Assembly (NCBI GenBank): GCA_963764725.1
Contig: CAVXTM010000016.1
Span: 384,001-448,000, forward strand
Direction: 5' to 3'
DNA from: an uncultured Gammaproteobacteria bacterium
GTDB taxonomy: Bacteria > Pseudomonadota > Gammaproteobacteria > JACCXJ01
Length of the DNA stretch: 64,000 nucleotides
In this document: one piece after another, positions 1 to 8,887 of the stretch
Layout: every line of letters starts with the position of its first letter
Numbering within the stretch: the first letter of the stretch is position 1
Made by a program: the position numbers and the translations under genes
Notes under the pieces: generated by a model
Database searches by the model: none
What the model saw: the letters and a program-made list of their open reading frames with translations, nothing else
What the model was told of the DNA's origin: nothing

Positions 1-1532
1 GCCGCCGTGACGGCTTCTTGTATGTTTTCCACGATTCGGTACGGCACGACCGGAAACCCAGCGCTCTGCAACAACCCAAAGACCTCACCAGTCGCGACCC
101 ATCCGCCGTCAGTGATGCTCAGCGGTATGGGCAACACCCGGCCACTGTCCTCGACCATCGGATATTGCTGCGGTTCTAGACAATGTGCAAAGGTATTGGC
201 CGTGTTCCGAGTCCAGGTATGGCAGGGGACACCCGCGCGTACCAGGCGTTCTCGATTCGCTTCGGCATCGCGGCCGGCGACCCAACATACATGCAATGGC
301 TTTCCACACCCTAAACGCCGTGCATGCTGCAACTCCGCCATAAGCGCTGCCCCCACCTCGGGCGCTAGCGCTGATCGGTGCAACAACACGGCGATGACTG
401 CATCCACCTCGTCAGACGCAAGTAGGGCGCGCAGGCTCGCGCCGTACATCTCGGGGAAACGCGGCCAATCGGTCGTGACATCAATGGGATTCATGGCACT
501 TCCATAGGCGGGCAAGTGGCGTCTAATGCGATCCTGCAACGCGCTAGAAAGCGGCGGTACCGCTAGACCTTGCTCTTCAAGCAAGTCCGTCAACTCGACA
601 CCGACCCCACCCGAGTTAGTAATGATCCCGACACGCCTGCCTTTGAGCGGCGGCTGTTGATCCAGCGCGGCCGCCACATCGAGCAATGATCGACCGTCCG
701 CGACGACACGCACGCCCGCTTGGCGCAGGGCCGCCTCGGTGATGGCATACTCGTCTGCGAGCGCCGCAGTGTGGCTCGCCGCAGCCCGTTGTGCAGAGCG
801 GGTGCGGCCTGTCTTTAGGACTATCACGGGTTTTAGTGTCGTCGTTTCGCGGGCTGTCTGATAAAAGGCCCGACCGTCACTGACCGATTCGAGCAACATC
901 GCAATGACACGGGTCTCGGGATCCTCGCCCAAGAATCTCAAGGCCTCTACTTCGTTGACGTCAGAACGGTTGCCGAGGGCAAGGACCTTCGCAAAGCCAA
1001 TCTCACCCTGCTGCGAGCAGGTAAACGCCGCCATCCCGTAGGCCCCGCTCTGGGTCACCAGCGATACCCCACCCGGTGCGGGTAGCCCGAGACCGAGCGA
1101 GGCGTTGAGCCCGTTACCCGTATTGATGATACCGAAACAATTAGGCCCCACGAGGCGTAGTCCGGCTGCTCCGGCTTTATCGGCGATGCGTTGCTGTACG
1201 CGCGCCCCGTCCGGTCCGGTTTCGGCAAAGCCGCCACTAATGATCACGGCCGCCCTTGCGCCGATTGCAATACACTCGTCGATGACGCCCTCAACCGCTT
1301 GTGGTGGCACGAGTATCACCGCCAGATCAATCGTTTTCGGCGTGTCTGCCAGCGACGAGTAAGCGGTCCGATTCGCTATTGTCCTGCGTGAGGGATTGAC
1401 AAAGTACAGCTCGCCTCTATAGCTCCCCAGCATATTTTGCACGAACAGGTGCCCTAAGCTTCCAGGTTGGTCCGAGGCGCCGATTAGGACGACGCTCTCG
1501 GCAGCAAATATCGATTTTCCCCACTCGTTCAC
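1..1532 (-). CDS. ADP-forming acetate/acyl-CoA ligase (fused CoA-binding + ATP-grasp), 3' end beyond the window
   Basis: Not in the ORF track; translated by hand from GTG at 1532, which overlaps the upstream TGA. Reads MNEWGKSIFAAESVVLIGASDQPGSLG...DLAVILVP...IISGGFAETG...RLVGPNCFG...LVTQSGA...LGNRSDV, typical of the ACD family. Confidence 0.9.
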   Translation of the reverse strand, partial: MNEWGKSIFAAESVVLIGASDQPGSLGHLFVQNMLGSYRGELYFVNPSRRTIANRTAYSSLADTPKTIDLAVILVPPQAVEGVIDECIAIGARAAVIISGGFAETGPDGARVQQRIADKAGAAGLRLVGPNCFGIINTGNGLNASLGLGLPAPGGVSLVTQSGAYGMAAFTCSQQGEIGFAKVLALGNRSDVNEVEALRFLGEDPETRVIAMLLESVSDGRAFYQTARETTTLKPVIVLKTGRTRSAQRAAASHTAALADEYAITEAALRQAGVRVVADGRSLLDVAAALDQQPPLKGRRVGIITNSGGVGVELTDLLEEQGLAVPPLSSALQDRIRRHLPAYGSAMNPIDVTTDWPRFPEMYGASLRALLASDEVDAVIAVLLHRSALAPEVGAALMAELQHARRLGCGKPLHVCWVAGRDAEANRERLVRAGVPCHTWTRNTANTFAHCLEPQQYPMVEDSGRVLPIPLSITDGGWVATGEVFGLLQSAGFPVVPYRIVENIQEAVTA

Positions 1533-3049
1533 CGCAACCAATCACCATCCCCCGCGAAGAAGGCCGGTTGTCCACCCGTATGCACAAATACAACCTTGGG
1601 ATACGATCCGAGCCGCTCGTGCCGCAGACCATCCAGTAATCCAGCCATCGCCTTACCGGTGTAGGTCGGATCAAGCAGCAGACCTTCGGTGCGTCCGACG
1701 AGCCTAATCGCATCCGCAGCCTCTATGCTGGGGATCCCGTAGCCTTCGCCGATAAAGCCGCCGTGCACGATCGCATCCTGGGGGGTAAAGGTCCAATCGA
1801 GACCCAGCAGTGCCGCCGCTTCAGTAGCGAGGCGGGCTACCTCCATCCTTGCCTCTTCTGCCGGACGGCTCACGGTAAAGCTCTCGACGGTCCACGGTGA
1901 TCCCAACGCGCGTGTGCCGAATAACCAGCCGGCGTGAGTGGCGCCCGAGCCGGTGGCCAGCACGATCGCGTCGGGATCAAATTCAAGCGCGCGACACTGC
2001 TCGGAGAGCTCTCGCGCCGCCAACGCATGCCCCAGGGCCCCGAGGGCACAGGCCCCGCCGCGTGGGATGGGATAAGGGCGCTGGCCTTTGTGGCGCAGCT
2101 CCTCACAGAGTGCTTGGATACCGCGATCCACAGAGGCGCGATCCGGGTCGCCCGTGAACACCGCCTCTGCCCCGAGCAGGCGGGTGACGCGGTAATTCCC
2201 GTCGATCCGTGCGGGCGCGTCGCTCCAGAAGACGGCGACACAGCGCAGGCCGTAATGCGCGGCCGCGGCCGCCGTCGCACGGACGTGGTTGGACTGCGCG
2301 CCCGCGCCGGTCACGATGGTGTCGGCACCCTGGCCCAGCGCGTCGGCCACCAGCAGCTCCAGGCCTCGGACCTTGTTGCCCCCAAGGCCAAAGCCGATCA
2401 AATCATCCCGCTTGAACCATATCTCCGAGCCGCCGATCGCCCGGCTGAGTCGCCGCATCGGTGAGAACGGTGTGGGGAATTCAGCCAAGGGCCGGCGCGG
2501 CAGCCGTGCGAGGGCTTCCCATGGGCTGCCATGAAGATCGCGGCGACGTACCTTTTCGCCTCCCTCTCCCGCCGGGAAAGTTGTCCATGGCTCCCCAGGA
2601 GAGTCGCCACAACGTACCGCTCCTTCTCCCTCTGGGAGAGCTTCCAAAGGGATGCCACCAACGTCACTGCAACTTATTCGTTCTTCTCCCTCTCCCACCG
2701 GGAGAGGGTGGGAGTGAGGGGAACTAATCGCTGCGGCAGCCCGTATGGCCTCCAACACAGCATCGGGTTCGCGAAGCACATCATGATTCCAGAATCGCAA
2801 AACCCGATACCCCAAGTTTTGCAAGTATTGACTCCGCTGTTGGTCCTGTTCCGTTCGCTCGGCATGTTGCCCACCGTCAAGTTCGATCACCAGCTTGGAT
2901 TTTAGGCAAAGAAAGTCGGCGATGTAGGGACCGAGAGGTTGCTGCCGCCGGAATTTACAATTCTCCACTTGGCGGTTCCTGAGCCGGCTCCACAACAATT
3001 TTTCGGCATCGGTCTGATGCTGTCGCAGTGTTTTGGCAAGTTGCTTCAT
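1529..3049 (-). CDS. xcbE: Fusion: N-terminal DUF559 (Vsr-like) endonuclease + repeat-derived linker + PLP-dependent D-cysteine desulfhydrase-like enzyme (XcbE-like, CoM biosynthesis)
   Basis: aa 1-105 carry DUF559 motifs (QTDAEKLLW, FRRQQPLGPYIADF, IELDGGQH, VLRFWN). The C-terminal ~330 aa carry FPTP, KRDD, GGNKVR, QSNH, TGSGAT, LDPTYTGK, FVHTGG. Lies directly after comA and two lyases. Confidence 0.85.
   Translation of the reverse strand: MKQLAKTLRQHQTDAEKLLWSRLRNRQVENCKFRRQQPLGPYIADFLCLKSKLVIELDGGQHAERTEQDQQRSQYLQNLGYRVLRFWNHDVLREPDAVLEAIRAAAAISSPHSHPLPVGEGEERISCSDVGGIPLEALPEGEGAVRCGDSPGEPWTTFPAGEGGEKVRRRDLHGSPWEALARLPRRPLAEFPTPFSPMRRLSRAIGGSEIWFKRDDLIGFGLGGNKVRGLELLVADALGQGADTIVTGAGAQSNHVRATAAAAAHYGLRCVAVFWSDAPARIDGNYRVTRLLGAEAVFTGDPDRASVDRGIQALCEELRHKGQRPYPIPRGGACALGALGHALAARELSEQCRALEFDPDAIVLATGSGATHAGWLFGTRALGSPWTVESFTVSRPAEEARMEVARLATEAAALLGLDWTFTPQDAIVHGGFIGEGYGIPSIEAADAIRLVGRTEGLLLDPTYTGKAMAGLLDGLRHERLGSYPKVVFVHTGGQPAFFAGDGDWLR
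2507..2721. repeat. Three degenerate ~60-66 bp tandem units, each with a CTCC(C/T)TCTCCC..GGGA(G/A)AG hairpin; the rightmost is a full REP-like copy (2686-2721)
   Basis: Units start at ~2560, ~2620 and ~2686. On the minus strand they translate as PVGEGEE.., PEGEGA.., PAGEGGE.. Confidence 0.75.
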
Positions 3050-3071
3050 CGGGATAAAATCCTTCCTTTAT

Positions 3072-3107
3072 CCCCTCACCCTAACCCTCTCCCGAAGGTA
3101 GAGGGGG
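3072..3107 (+). repeat. REP-like palindrome CCCCTCACCCTAACCCTCTCCCGAAGGTAGAGGGGG, inverted partner of 2686-2721
   Basis: 29/36 identical to the reverse complement of 2686-2721, with an internal hairpin CCCTCTCCC-N3-GGTAGAGGG. Confidence 0.85.
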
Positions 3108-4527
3108 CTGATTTTTTCGCTCGCCACGATCATCCTCCTGGAAATGCCCTTGACCACGGCCGGGTGACAGCGTCCCCGCTAGGGCCAGCACCCGGTCCAC
3201 CATGTGCGCGCAGCAACCGGTGCTCTGTCCCACGTCGAAGAGGCTCTCGATCCCGGCAACGCCGAGCTGCGCTACGATCTGAGTCTCGGCGAGCACGGCC
3301 TCCCGCAGGGGGGTGCCACGCTCGGCGGCGTCCATCGCCACGCGGTACACGAGCGCATGGGCGCTCTGCTTACCGAGCTTGGGGGCCAAGGCCAACATCA
3401 CGCGCTCGGCCTGAACTAAGCCCTTGGTCGCAAGCAGATTGTCCCACATGCGGTCCACGTTGACCTCAAGGTGTTCGAGTAGATCGTGCAACAGCGCCAA
3501 TACCTTGCCGGTCGCGAGACAAGCCCCGGGAAGGAGCACCCATTCCCCCTTCCATGCCCGCCCATCGCGCTCGTGGTCGTGCACGAGATTCTCGCTCATG
3601 TGCGCGGCCTGATACCGCACCGTGCGGGCCAGCGTGCCCAGGTGCTCGGCGATCTCCGGGTTGCGCTTCTGGGGCATGGTGATGCTGCCGACCGTGCCCG
3701 GCACGAATCCCTCGCTGAGCTTCCCCGATCTCCGGCCGCTGCAGGTTGTAAACCTCGTGCCCGATGCGGTCGGCCGTTGCCGCGATCAGGGCGAGGAGGT
3801 TGAGCCATTCGGCGAGACGATCGCGCGCGGCGGTCCAGGAGATCGCGGGGGCCGTGAGCCCGAGCCTCTCGAGGAAGCGCCGCTGCAGCGCGAGCGCGTC
3901 GGGACCGAAGGAGGAGAGACTGCCGACGCCGCCCGCGAGTTGCCCGACGCCAATGCGCGCGCCGACCTCATCGAGGCGTTGGCGGTGGCGCTGGATCTCA
4001 TCGAGCCACCCGGCGGCCTTGAACCCGAAGGTGATCGGAAGGCCGGGCTGACCGTGGGTGCGGCCGCACATCGGCGTATCCCGATAGCGGCGGGCGAGAT
4101 CGCACAGCACCGTTGCAACGCTTGTGAGCTGGTCTTCAAAGATGTCCCGCACCTTGACCAGAATCCGAGCCGTATGCGTGTCCGTGATGTCCTGCACTGT
4201 CGCCCCGTAACAAAGCCATTCTCCGCTGTCGGCTGGGCAGCGGCGCTGGAGCGCGCGAATAAGACCTAGCAGCGAATGATTGGTCTGCTCGAAGTCTTCG
4301 CGCACTTCGCTAAAAAACGCCTCATCGAGCTGCAGGCGCCCGCAGGCATCGGCGAGTTGGTTAGCCGCCGTCGCGGGGATCAAACCGAATTCCGCCTCCG
4401 TCTCGGCGAGCACCACCATGACCTCGATCCAGCCCGCGGCCAGCGCGGTATCATCGAAGAGGGCACGCAGCTCGAGTGTGGCCCATGAATTTCGATAGAT
4501 CGCTGAGTCGCTAATGTGTACCGACAT
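3081..4527 (-). CDS. xcbD: Adenylosuccinate lyase-like enzyme (XcbD-like), one apparent +1 frameshift at ~3721
   Basis: ORF 3466..4527 has GATVQDITDT and MCGRTHGQPG. ORF 3081..3704 has GSITMPQKRNP and HDHERD. Removing one base restores IGELSEGFVPGTVGSITMPQKRNP. Confidence 0.8.
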
Positions 4528-4684
4528 AGCGATTCGCTACCTCGTTGGGCTCGTTGCTGCTATCAAAGGAGCAGAATGCGCGGATTTGTACGCAAGTACA
4601 GCTACGCCCCCGAGCCGAATCCGACCTCGTTGTGGTTGTTGCTTCCAGTGTCGTTGCAAGTGCAGCACGGTATGTGGTTAACTC

Positions 4685-6244
4685 CTACCCCGAATTGGGG
4701 TTCGAGGCCTCCGAACCCAGCACGCCCGCACGGACCGCCCGTAACAGCGAGTCCTCCGCCATTTGGAGCCGCCGGCCACAGTTGCTGGTCCATGCATCGG
4801 TCTCTGCCAAGGCCCTCTCGCATTCGACAATCATCGCCTCCATGGCCTCGGGCGCCGCGCCCCCCCGTTCGGCGCGTGCCAACACGGCGGCCTCAGGGTC
4901 CAGGGCATCCTGGAGGGCTGCTGGCGAGATCTCGACGCCCTTGCCCAGCACCATCTCCGCGGCCGCCGCCAGCTCATCCGGCGCGAGCTGATTCAAATCA
5001 CCGCTCGCCAGATGCCGGCGCACGAGGTGGCCGACCAGCCAATGTGCTTGGCGAAAGTCGAGACCGCTTTCGAGCACGAGCACTTCGGCGAGATCGGTCG
5101 CGAGCGCGAAGCCGTGGTCGAGCAGGCTGCGCCCACGCTGGCCATTGAATGTCAGAAAGCTCACGACCTCGCCCATGAGCCCCACCGCGTCCTGCGTGTC
5201 CGCAATCGCGCGCGGGATAAGGCCGTAAAGTGGCAGGCGGTTGTCCGGTTGCCCCGACGGCGTTCGACCCAATGCCGCGCTCGCCGCGAGCGTGCCGATC
5301 ATCGTACTGGCTACCCCACGAACGTGCGTCAAGGCAAAGGGGTTTTTCTTCTGAGGCATGATCTTGCTCGCACGCGCGTGCCGATCGTCAAGCTCGACCA
5401 GAGCGAACTCCTCGGTGGCATAGATCTGTAGGTCCTCGGCCAAGCGGTCGAGATTGATCAGGATTGCGGTCAGTATCGCGGCCGCCTCGATCGGCAGATC
5501 CGCCTGCCACATGGCATCGCGTGCATGGATGACAAGCCCATCGAAACCCAGAAGATCGCTCAGGCGGCCGCGGTTTTGTGGCAAGCGCGACCCGTTGGTA
5601 CTACCACATCCCGCGGGACTTTGGTTCACCCGCCCGTAAAACGCTCGAACGCGATCGAGATCACGCAGCACAGGGTAGGCAAAACCAAGCAGATAATGAC
5701 CGAAGGTGGTTGGCTGCGCCGCTCGTAGATAGGTATAGTCGGGCAGCAACGCTGAGCGAAACTGGCGCGCCCGCGCGGTGATCACTTTGCCGGTCGTCGC
5801 CAGCGCCTCAGCCAGGCCGATGAGACCCGCGCGCACCTTGATCAGAAATGCGGTTGTGGTTGCTTCGCGCCGCGCCCGGCCTGCGCCCAACCAAGTGCCC
5901 GCGCCTGTCTGCGTGGCCAACCACGCTTCGCGGTTGGTGTAGAGGTCGCCCCTCGATGGGTCCAAGGTAAAATCAGCGGGTCGTTCGTGAAGTTCCAAGA
6001 GGGCAGCGAGAAGATCCCGACCGGCATCACGCGGAACGATGCCCGCCTCCATCATCGCCAGTGTGTGAGCAAGATCGACCCAGCTCATGGCTTCGAATAG
6101 CTCCGCCTGGTCGTCGAGCTCCCTCTTGAAAGCTGCCTGGATCAGTCGCTCGGAGGGACCACGCTCGAGGCGCGCGCCCACCTTGAGCGCGTGCTCCGAT
6201 ACCGGTGAGGGGCAGTCTGGCTCGCGGCTATTTCTTATCGGCAT
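4685..6244 (-). CDS. xcbC: Argininosuccinate lyase-like enzyme (XcbC-like, phosphosulfolactate phosphate-lyase)
   Basis: Fumarase/aspartase superfamily: DYTYLRAAQPTTFGH and variant signature ASKIMPQKKNP. Immediately downstream of comA. Confidence 0.8.
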   Translation of the reverse strand: MPIRNSREPDCPSPVSEHALKVGARLERGPSERLIQAAFKRELDDQAELFEAMSWVDLAHTLAMMEAGIVPRDAGRDLLAALLELHERPADFTLDPSRGDLYTNREAWLATQTGAGTWLGAGRARREATTTAFLIKVRAGLIGLAEALATTGKVITARARQFRSALLPDYTYLRAAQPTTFGHYLLGFAYPVLRDLDRVRAFYGRVNQSPAGCGSTNGSRLPQNRGRLSDLLGFDGLVIHARDAMWQADLPIEAAAILTAILINLDRLAEDLQIYATEEFALVELDDRHARASKIMPQKKNPFALTHVRGVASTMIGTLAASAALGRTPSGQPDNRLPLYGLIPRAIADTQDAVGLMGEVVSFLTFNGQRGRSLLDHGFALATDLAEVLVLESGLDFRQAHWLVGHLVRRHLASGDLNQLAPDELAAAAEMVLGKGVEISPAALQDALDPEAAVLARAERGGAAPEAMEAMIVECERALAETDAWTSNCGRRLQMAEDSLLRAVRAGVLGSEASNPNSG

Positions 6245-7109
6245 GGAAGCTTATCGGAGCCTCGGCGCGCTCCGGCTCGACCTCATGAGGGTCCCAGGCG
6301 CCTGAGCGTACCAGCTCGTCGGTGACCGAGCGCAGGGTCTCGAAGCGAAGTCGGCAGCGCAAGGATTCGACCGCCAATACCTGATCGGGGTGGATATTGC
6401 CCAGCCCCACGTTGGTCCCGAAGCGACGGATCAGGTAGGCCTGCTGCTCCTTGAGCGGGGCTTCCCACACAAGCCGATCCGTCGCAGTACCCAGGATGCG
6501 GCCGATTGCCGCAACGGCGTCGTCGATGACCTGGCCGTTCTCGTCGTAGATCCCCACCGCGCGGCCGGACTCCCTGCCTTCCACCACCACCCAGCGCGCG
6601 CCATGTTCCAGATCCTCCAAGGCCTGCTCGGCCATCTGCTCCGCCGAAGGCTGCTGCCTCGGGTCCTTCTTACCCACCTCGGTGATGGGAACGAGCCCGG
6701 CGTCCAGCGCGCAGTGAATGATGTTCCTTCGGCGCAAGGCCGGCATCGGGATCGTGCCATCGGAGATCTCGACGGCGCTGAAACCCAAGGTCTTCGCGTG
6801 TTTCATATAATCTCGGCAGTGGCGCTCGACGAGTGCGACCTCGAGCAGCGTACCGCCCGGGAAGGTCAGCACCTCGTACTCGGCGAGTAGCGCCAGCTTG
6901 TGCTGCAGGATTTGCTTGGTGAGAAACACCGAGGTTCCGAAGCTGAGCTTCCAGTGGTCGATGCAGTGACCTGCGAGCTCGATGGTATCGCGTAGCAAGG
7001 CCAGGCCAACGCCCGTGTCGATGACCATCGTTACCCCGGCAGTTCGGGGCTTTTGCGTGCGATCGCCGATGAGGCTCTTAACGATGGGATCCCAGGCGAG
7101 CTCAGGCAT
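6228..7109 (-). CDS. comA: Phosphosulfolactate synthase (ComA/XcbB)
   Basis: KPRTAGVTMVIDTG, KLSFGT, PGGTLLE, EISDGTI, EVGKK, EGRESG, WEAP, NVGLGNI. Confidence 0.93.
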   Translation of the reverse strand: MPELAWDPIVKSLIGDRTQKPRTAGVTMVIDTGVGLALLRDTIELAGHCIDHWKLSFGTSVFLTKQILQHKLALLAEYEVLTFPGGTLLEVALVERHCRDYMKHAKTLGFSAVEISDGTIPMPALRRRNIIHCALDAGLVPITEVGKKDPRQQPSAEQMAEQALEDLEHGARWVVVEGRESGRAVGIYDENGQVIDDAVAAIGRILGTATDRLVWEAPLKEQQAYLIRRFGTNVGLGNIHPDQVLAVESLRCRLRFETLRSVTDELVRSGAWDPHEVEPERAEAPISFHADKK

Positions 7110-8016
7110 ATTCCACACCCCGCGAGAGGAGACCAAGAGCCTGTTCGACCATCGGAAGGTCGGCGCCCCAGGGAACCACCGCCGTCATGTCGTCTTGTTC
7201 AATGCCAAATTCTAACAGGCAGCATTTGAGGAGGGTGGGGCGAGTTGATGTTGGCGCGAGCTTCCGAGGACACATCTCCACGCGCGGGGGCTCATCCCCG
7301 TAGTAATGCCGGTGGAACTGGAGGCTGCGTTCGCAGCCGATCAGGGTCCAGGGGCGGCGCACGGGGGGACGCTCATCGAGAAAGTACACGGGCGCTCCGA
7401 GCTCATCGAGACCGCCCGAGCGGCAGGGTACGAGATAAGCCTCGGGCTGAACCTGCCTACAAAGCTCGCGGAGGTCGATGCGCTCGAGCTCGAGACAGAT
7501 GGGCGGGAGATCGGCATAGCTCAGGACGTGCTCGGCCATTTTGTAGAGCTTCGGCGGATCCGGCGGAGCGACCTCGACGACCCGCAGGATCATAGGATCG
7601 GGGTGGTGGATGATGTTGATATGATCGAATGTGCCTTGAACGACGACCGTCCGATCCGACCCGAGGCGGTGCTTACGAGCGAGCATGGCGAGCGCCGAGC
7701 GGTTGGCCGGATCGGTCTCGGGTGATTGTATGAATACACAATCAGCGGGCAAGGCCAGTACCTCTACGGCCTCGACACGGGTGAACAGCGCGTCCGATTC
7801 GGCCCGCTGCACCGCTGCCACGGCCAGTTGATGATCTGCATTATGTAAGACCACGACATCGGTGCGCCGGTAGACCTCGCGTGATAGCAAATGTGTTTCG
7901 ATAGCCGCCTCGGTCATGGCTCCTTCATATGGCTGAAAGCTCACTCGGCGATAGGGTAGAGGCACGAAGTTGTTCTGCCACTTGAGACTCCCGACCTTGA
8001 GCACTTCGCCGCCCAT
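7102..8016 (-). CDS. Cys-rich hypothetical protein translationally coupled to comA
   Basis: 304 aa ORF inside the operon with VPC, IGCERS, MCP and KCCLLE motifs; its stop overlaps the comA start. Confidence 0.75.
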   Translation of the reverse strand: MGGEVLKVGSLKWQNNFVPLPYRRVSFQPYEGAMTEAAIETHLLSREVYRRTDVVVLHNADHQLAVAAVQRAESDALFTRVEAVEVLALPADCVFIQSPETDPANRSALAMLARKHRLGSDRTVVVQGTFDHINIIHHPDPMILRVVEVAPPDPPKLYKMAEHVLSYADLPPICLELERIDLRELCRQVQPEAYLVPCRSGGLDELGAPVYFLDERPPVRRPWTLIGCERSLQFHRHYYGDEPPRVEMCPRKLAPTSTRPTLLKCCLLEFGIEQDDMTAVVPWGADLPMVEQALGLLSRGVEYA

Positions 8017-8032
8017 ACCCTTCGTCTGTCGT

Positions 8033-8887
8033 TCAGGCCAGCGTAAACCTACGCGCTTGGTCCGCGGGCCTTAGCTCCCGCTCATGGATCCGTAACGGGT
8101 CCAGGCCGCGGATAAACTCCACCATCTCCGGTGTAGGTAGAGGGACCAGGCTGAGGTCCTCGCGTACCGGAAACGCGAAACCCGTATTCTCGCGCACCTC
8201 GGCGACATCGATATCCGGGTAAACCCCGGCGAGCCGCGCGTGGCCAGAGTCATCGAAATCGAAGACCCCAAGCTCGGTGACGAGGCTATCGGGGCCCTTC
8301 CCCCGATATCGCATCTCGGACCGGGTTTTTCCCTCGGCGGTACGATGCCCCACGCTCGTAATGAAATCACAGCCTTCGACCAGCCGAAACCGGCGTCGGC
8401 CTTTCGGGTCGGGCGCCGCCCGGTGTGCGGCGGTCCAAATAGTCACATGCTGCACGTCACAGGACAGATTGCAGCCGCCACCCCCGCCCGGCAGCTTGAG
8501 CTGCAGTTGCTCTCGCCCGACGCGGGTCACGTTCATGTTGCCCCAGCGGTCGATCTGTAGACCGGAGAGAAACATTCGGCCCACGCGCCCGCTCGCCGCA
8601 AGGTCAAACAGCTCTTCGATGCCGAGGTGGCATTCCGCTCCGCGGTTCATCACCCAGTCGTTGGTGGTTGGGGCGAGAAATGGGGGTGTGGGGTTCACCC
8701 CATAGGTAGCGCCGGCAATGAGGACCAGATCGGGGGCGTGGGTCTTTTTCGCGAGGTGCAGTGCGAGTTGCACGAGCGGTGAGCCGAAGCCGTGGAAGGC
8801 CACGATCCCGTCTTCGATCGTCCGAGTGATCTGATAGATCATTACCTCACCGAAGGTACAGGTTATGGGTGTGGAGCGATCACGCAT
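8033..8887 (-). CDS. CoA-transferase subunit B (glutaconate CoA-transferase-like)
   Basis: FLSGLQIDRWGNMN, LPGGGG, DFITSVG, VTELGVFDF, VRENTGF. The likely start overlaps the subunit A stop. Confidence 0.88.
   Translation of the reverse strand: MRDRSTPITCTFGEVMIYQITRTIEDGIVAFHGFGSPLVQLALHLAKKTHAPDLVLIAGATYGVNPTPPFLAPTTNDWVMNRGAECHLGIEELFDLAASGRVGRMFLSGLQIDRWGNMNVTRVGREQLQLKLPGGGGGCNLSCDVQHVTIWTAAHRAAPDPKGRRRFRLVEGCDFITSVGHRTAEGKTRSEMRYRGKGPDSLVTELGVFDFDDSGHARLAGVYPDIDVAEVRENTGFAFPVREDLSLVPLPTPEMVEFIRGLDPLRIHERELRPADQARRFTLA

Noticed and set aside
1529-2530. ACC deaminase (tempting given the ethylene link)
   Set aside because: Reads DPTYTGK rather than the DPVYEGK glutamate diagnostic of ACC deaminase; context indicates XcbE.
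2507-2721. Mini CRISPR array
   Set aside because: Units are degenerate, spacers resemble each other, the region is coding, and no cas genes are present.
3700-3730. Programmed frameshift in xcbD
   Set aside because: No convincing slippery site; similar single-base indels in pgi, gnd, pgl and cyo genes suggest sequencing error.
3081-6244. Housekeeping purB and argH
   Set aside because: Signature loops are divergent (GSITMPQK, ASKIMPQK) and both genes sit in the comA operon.
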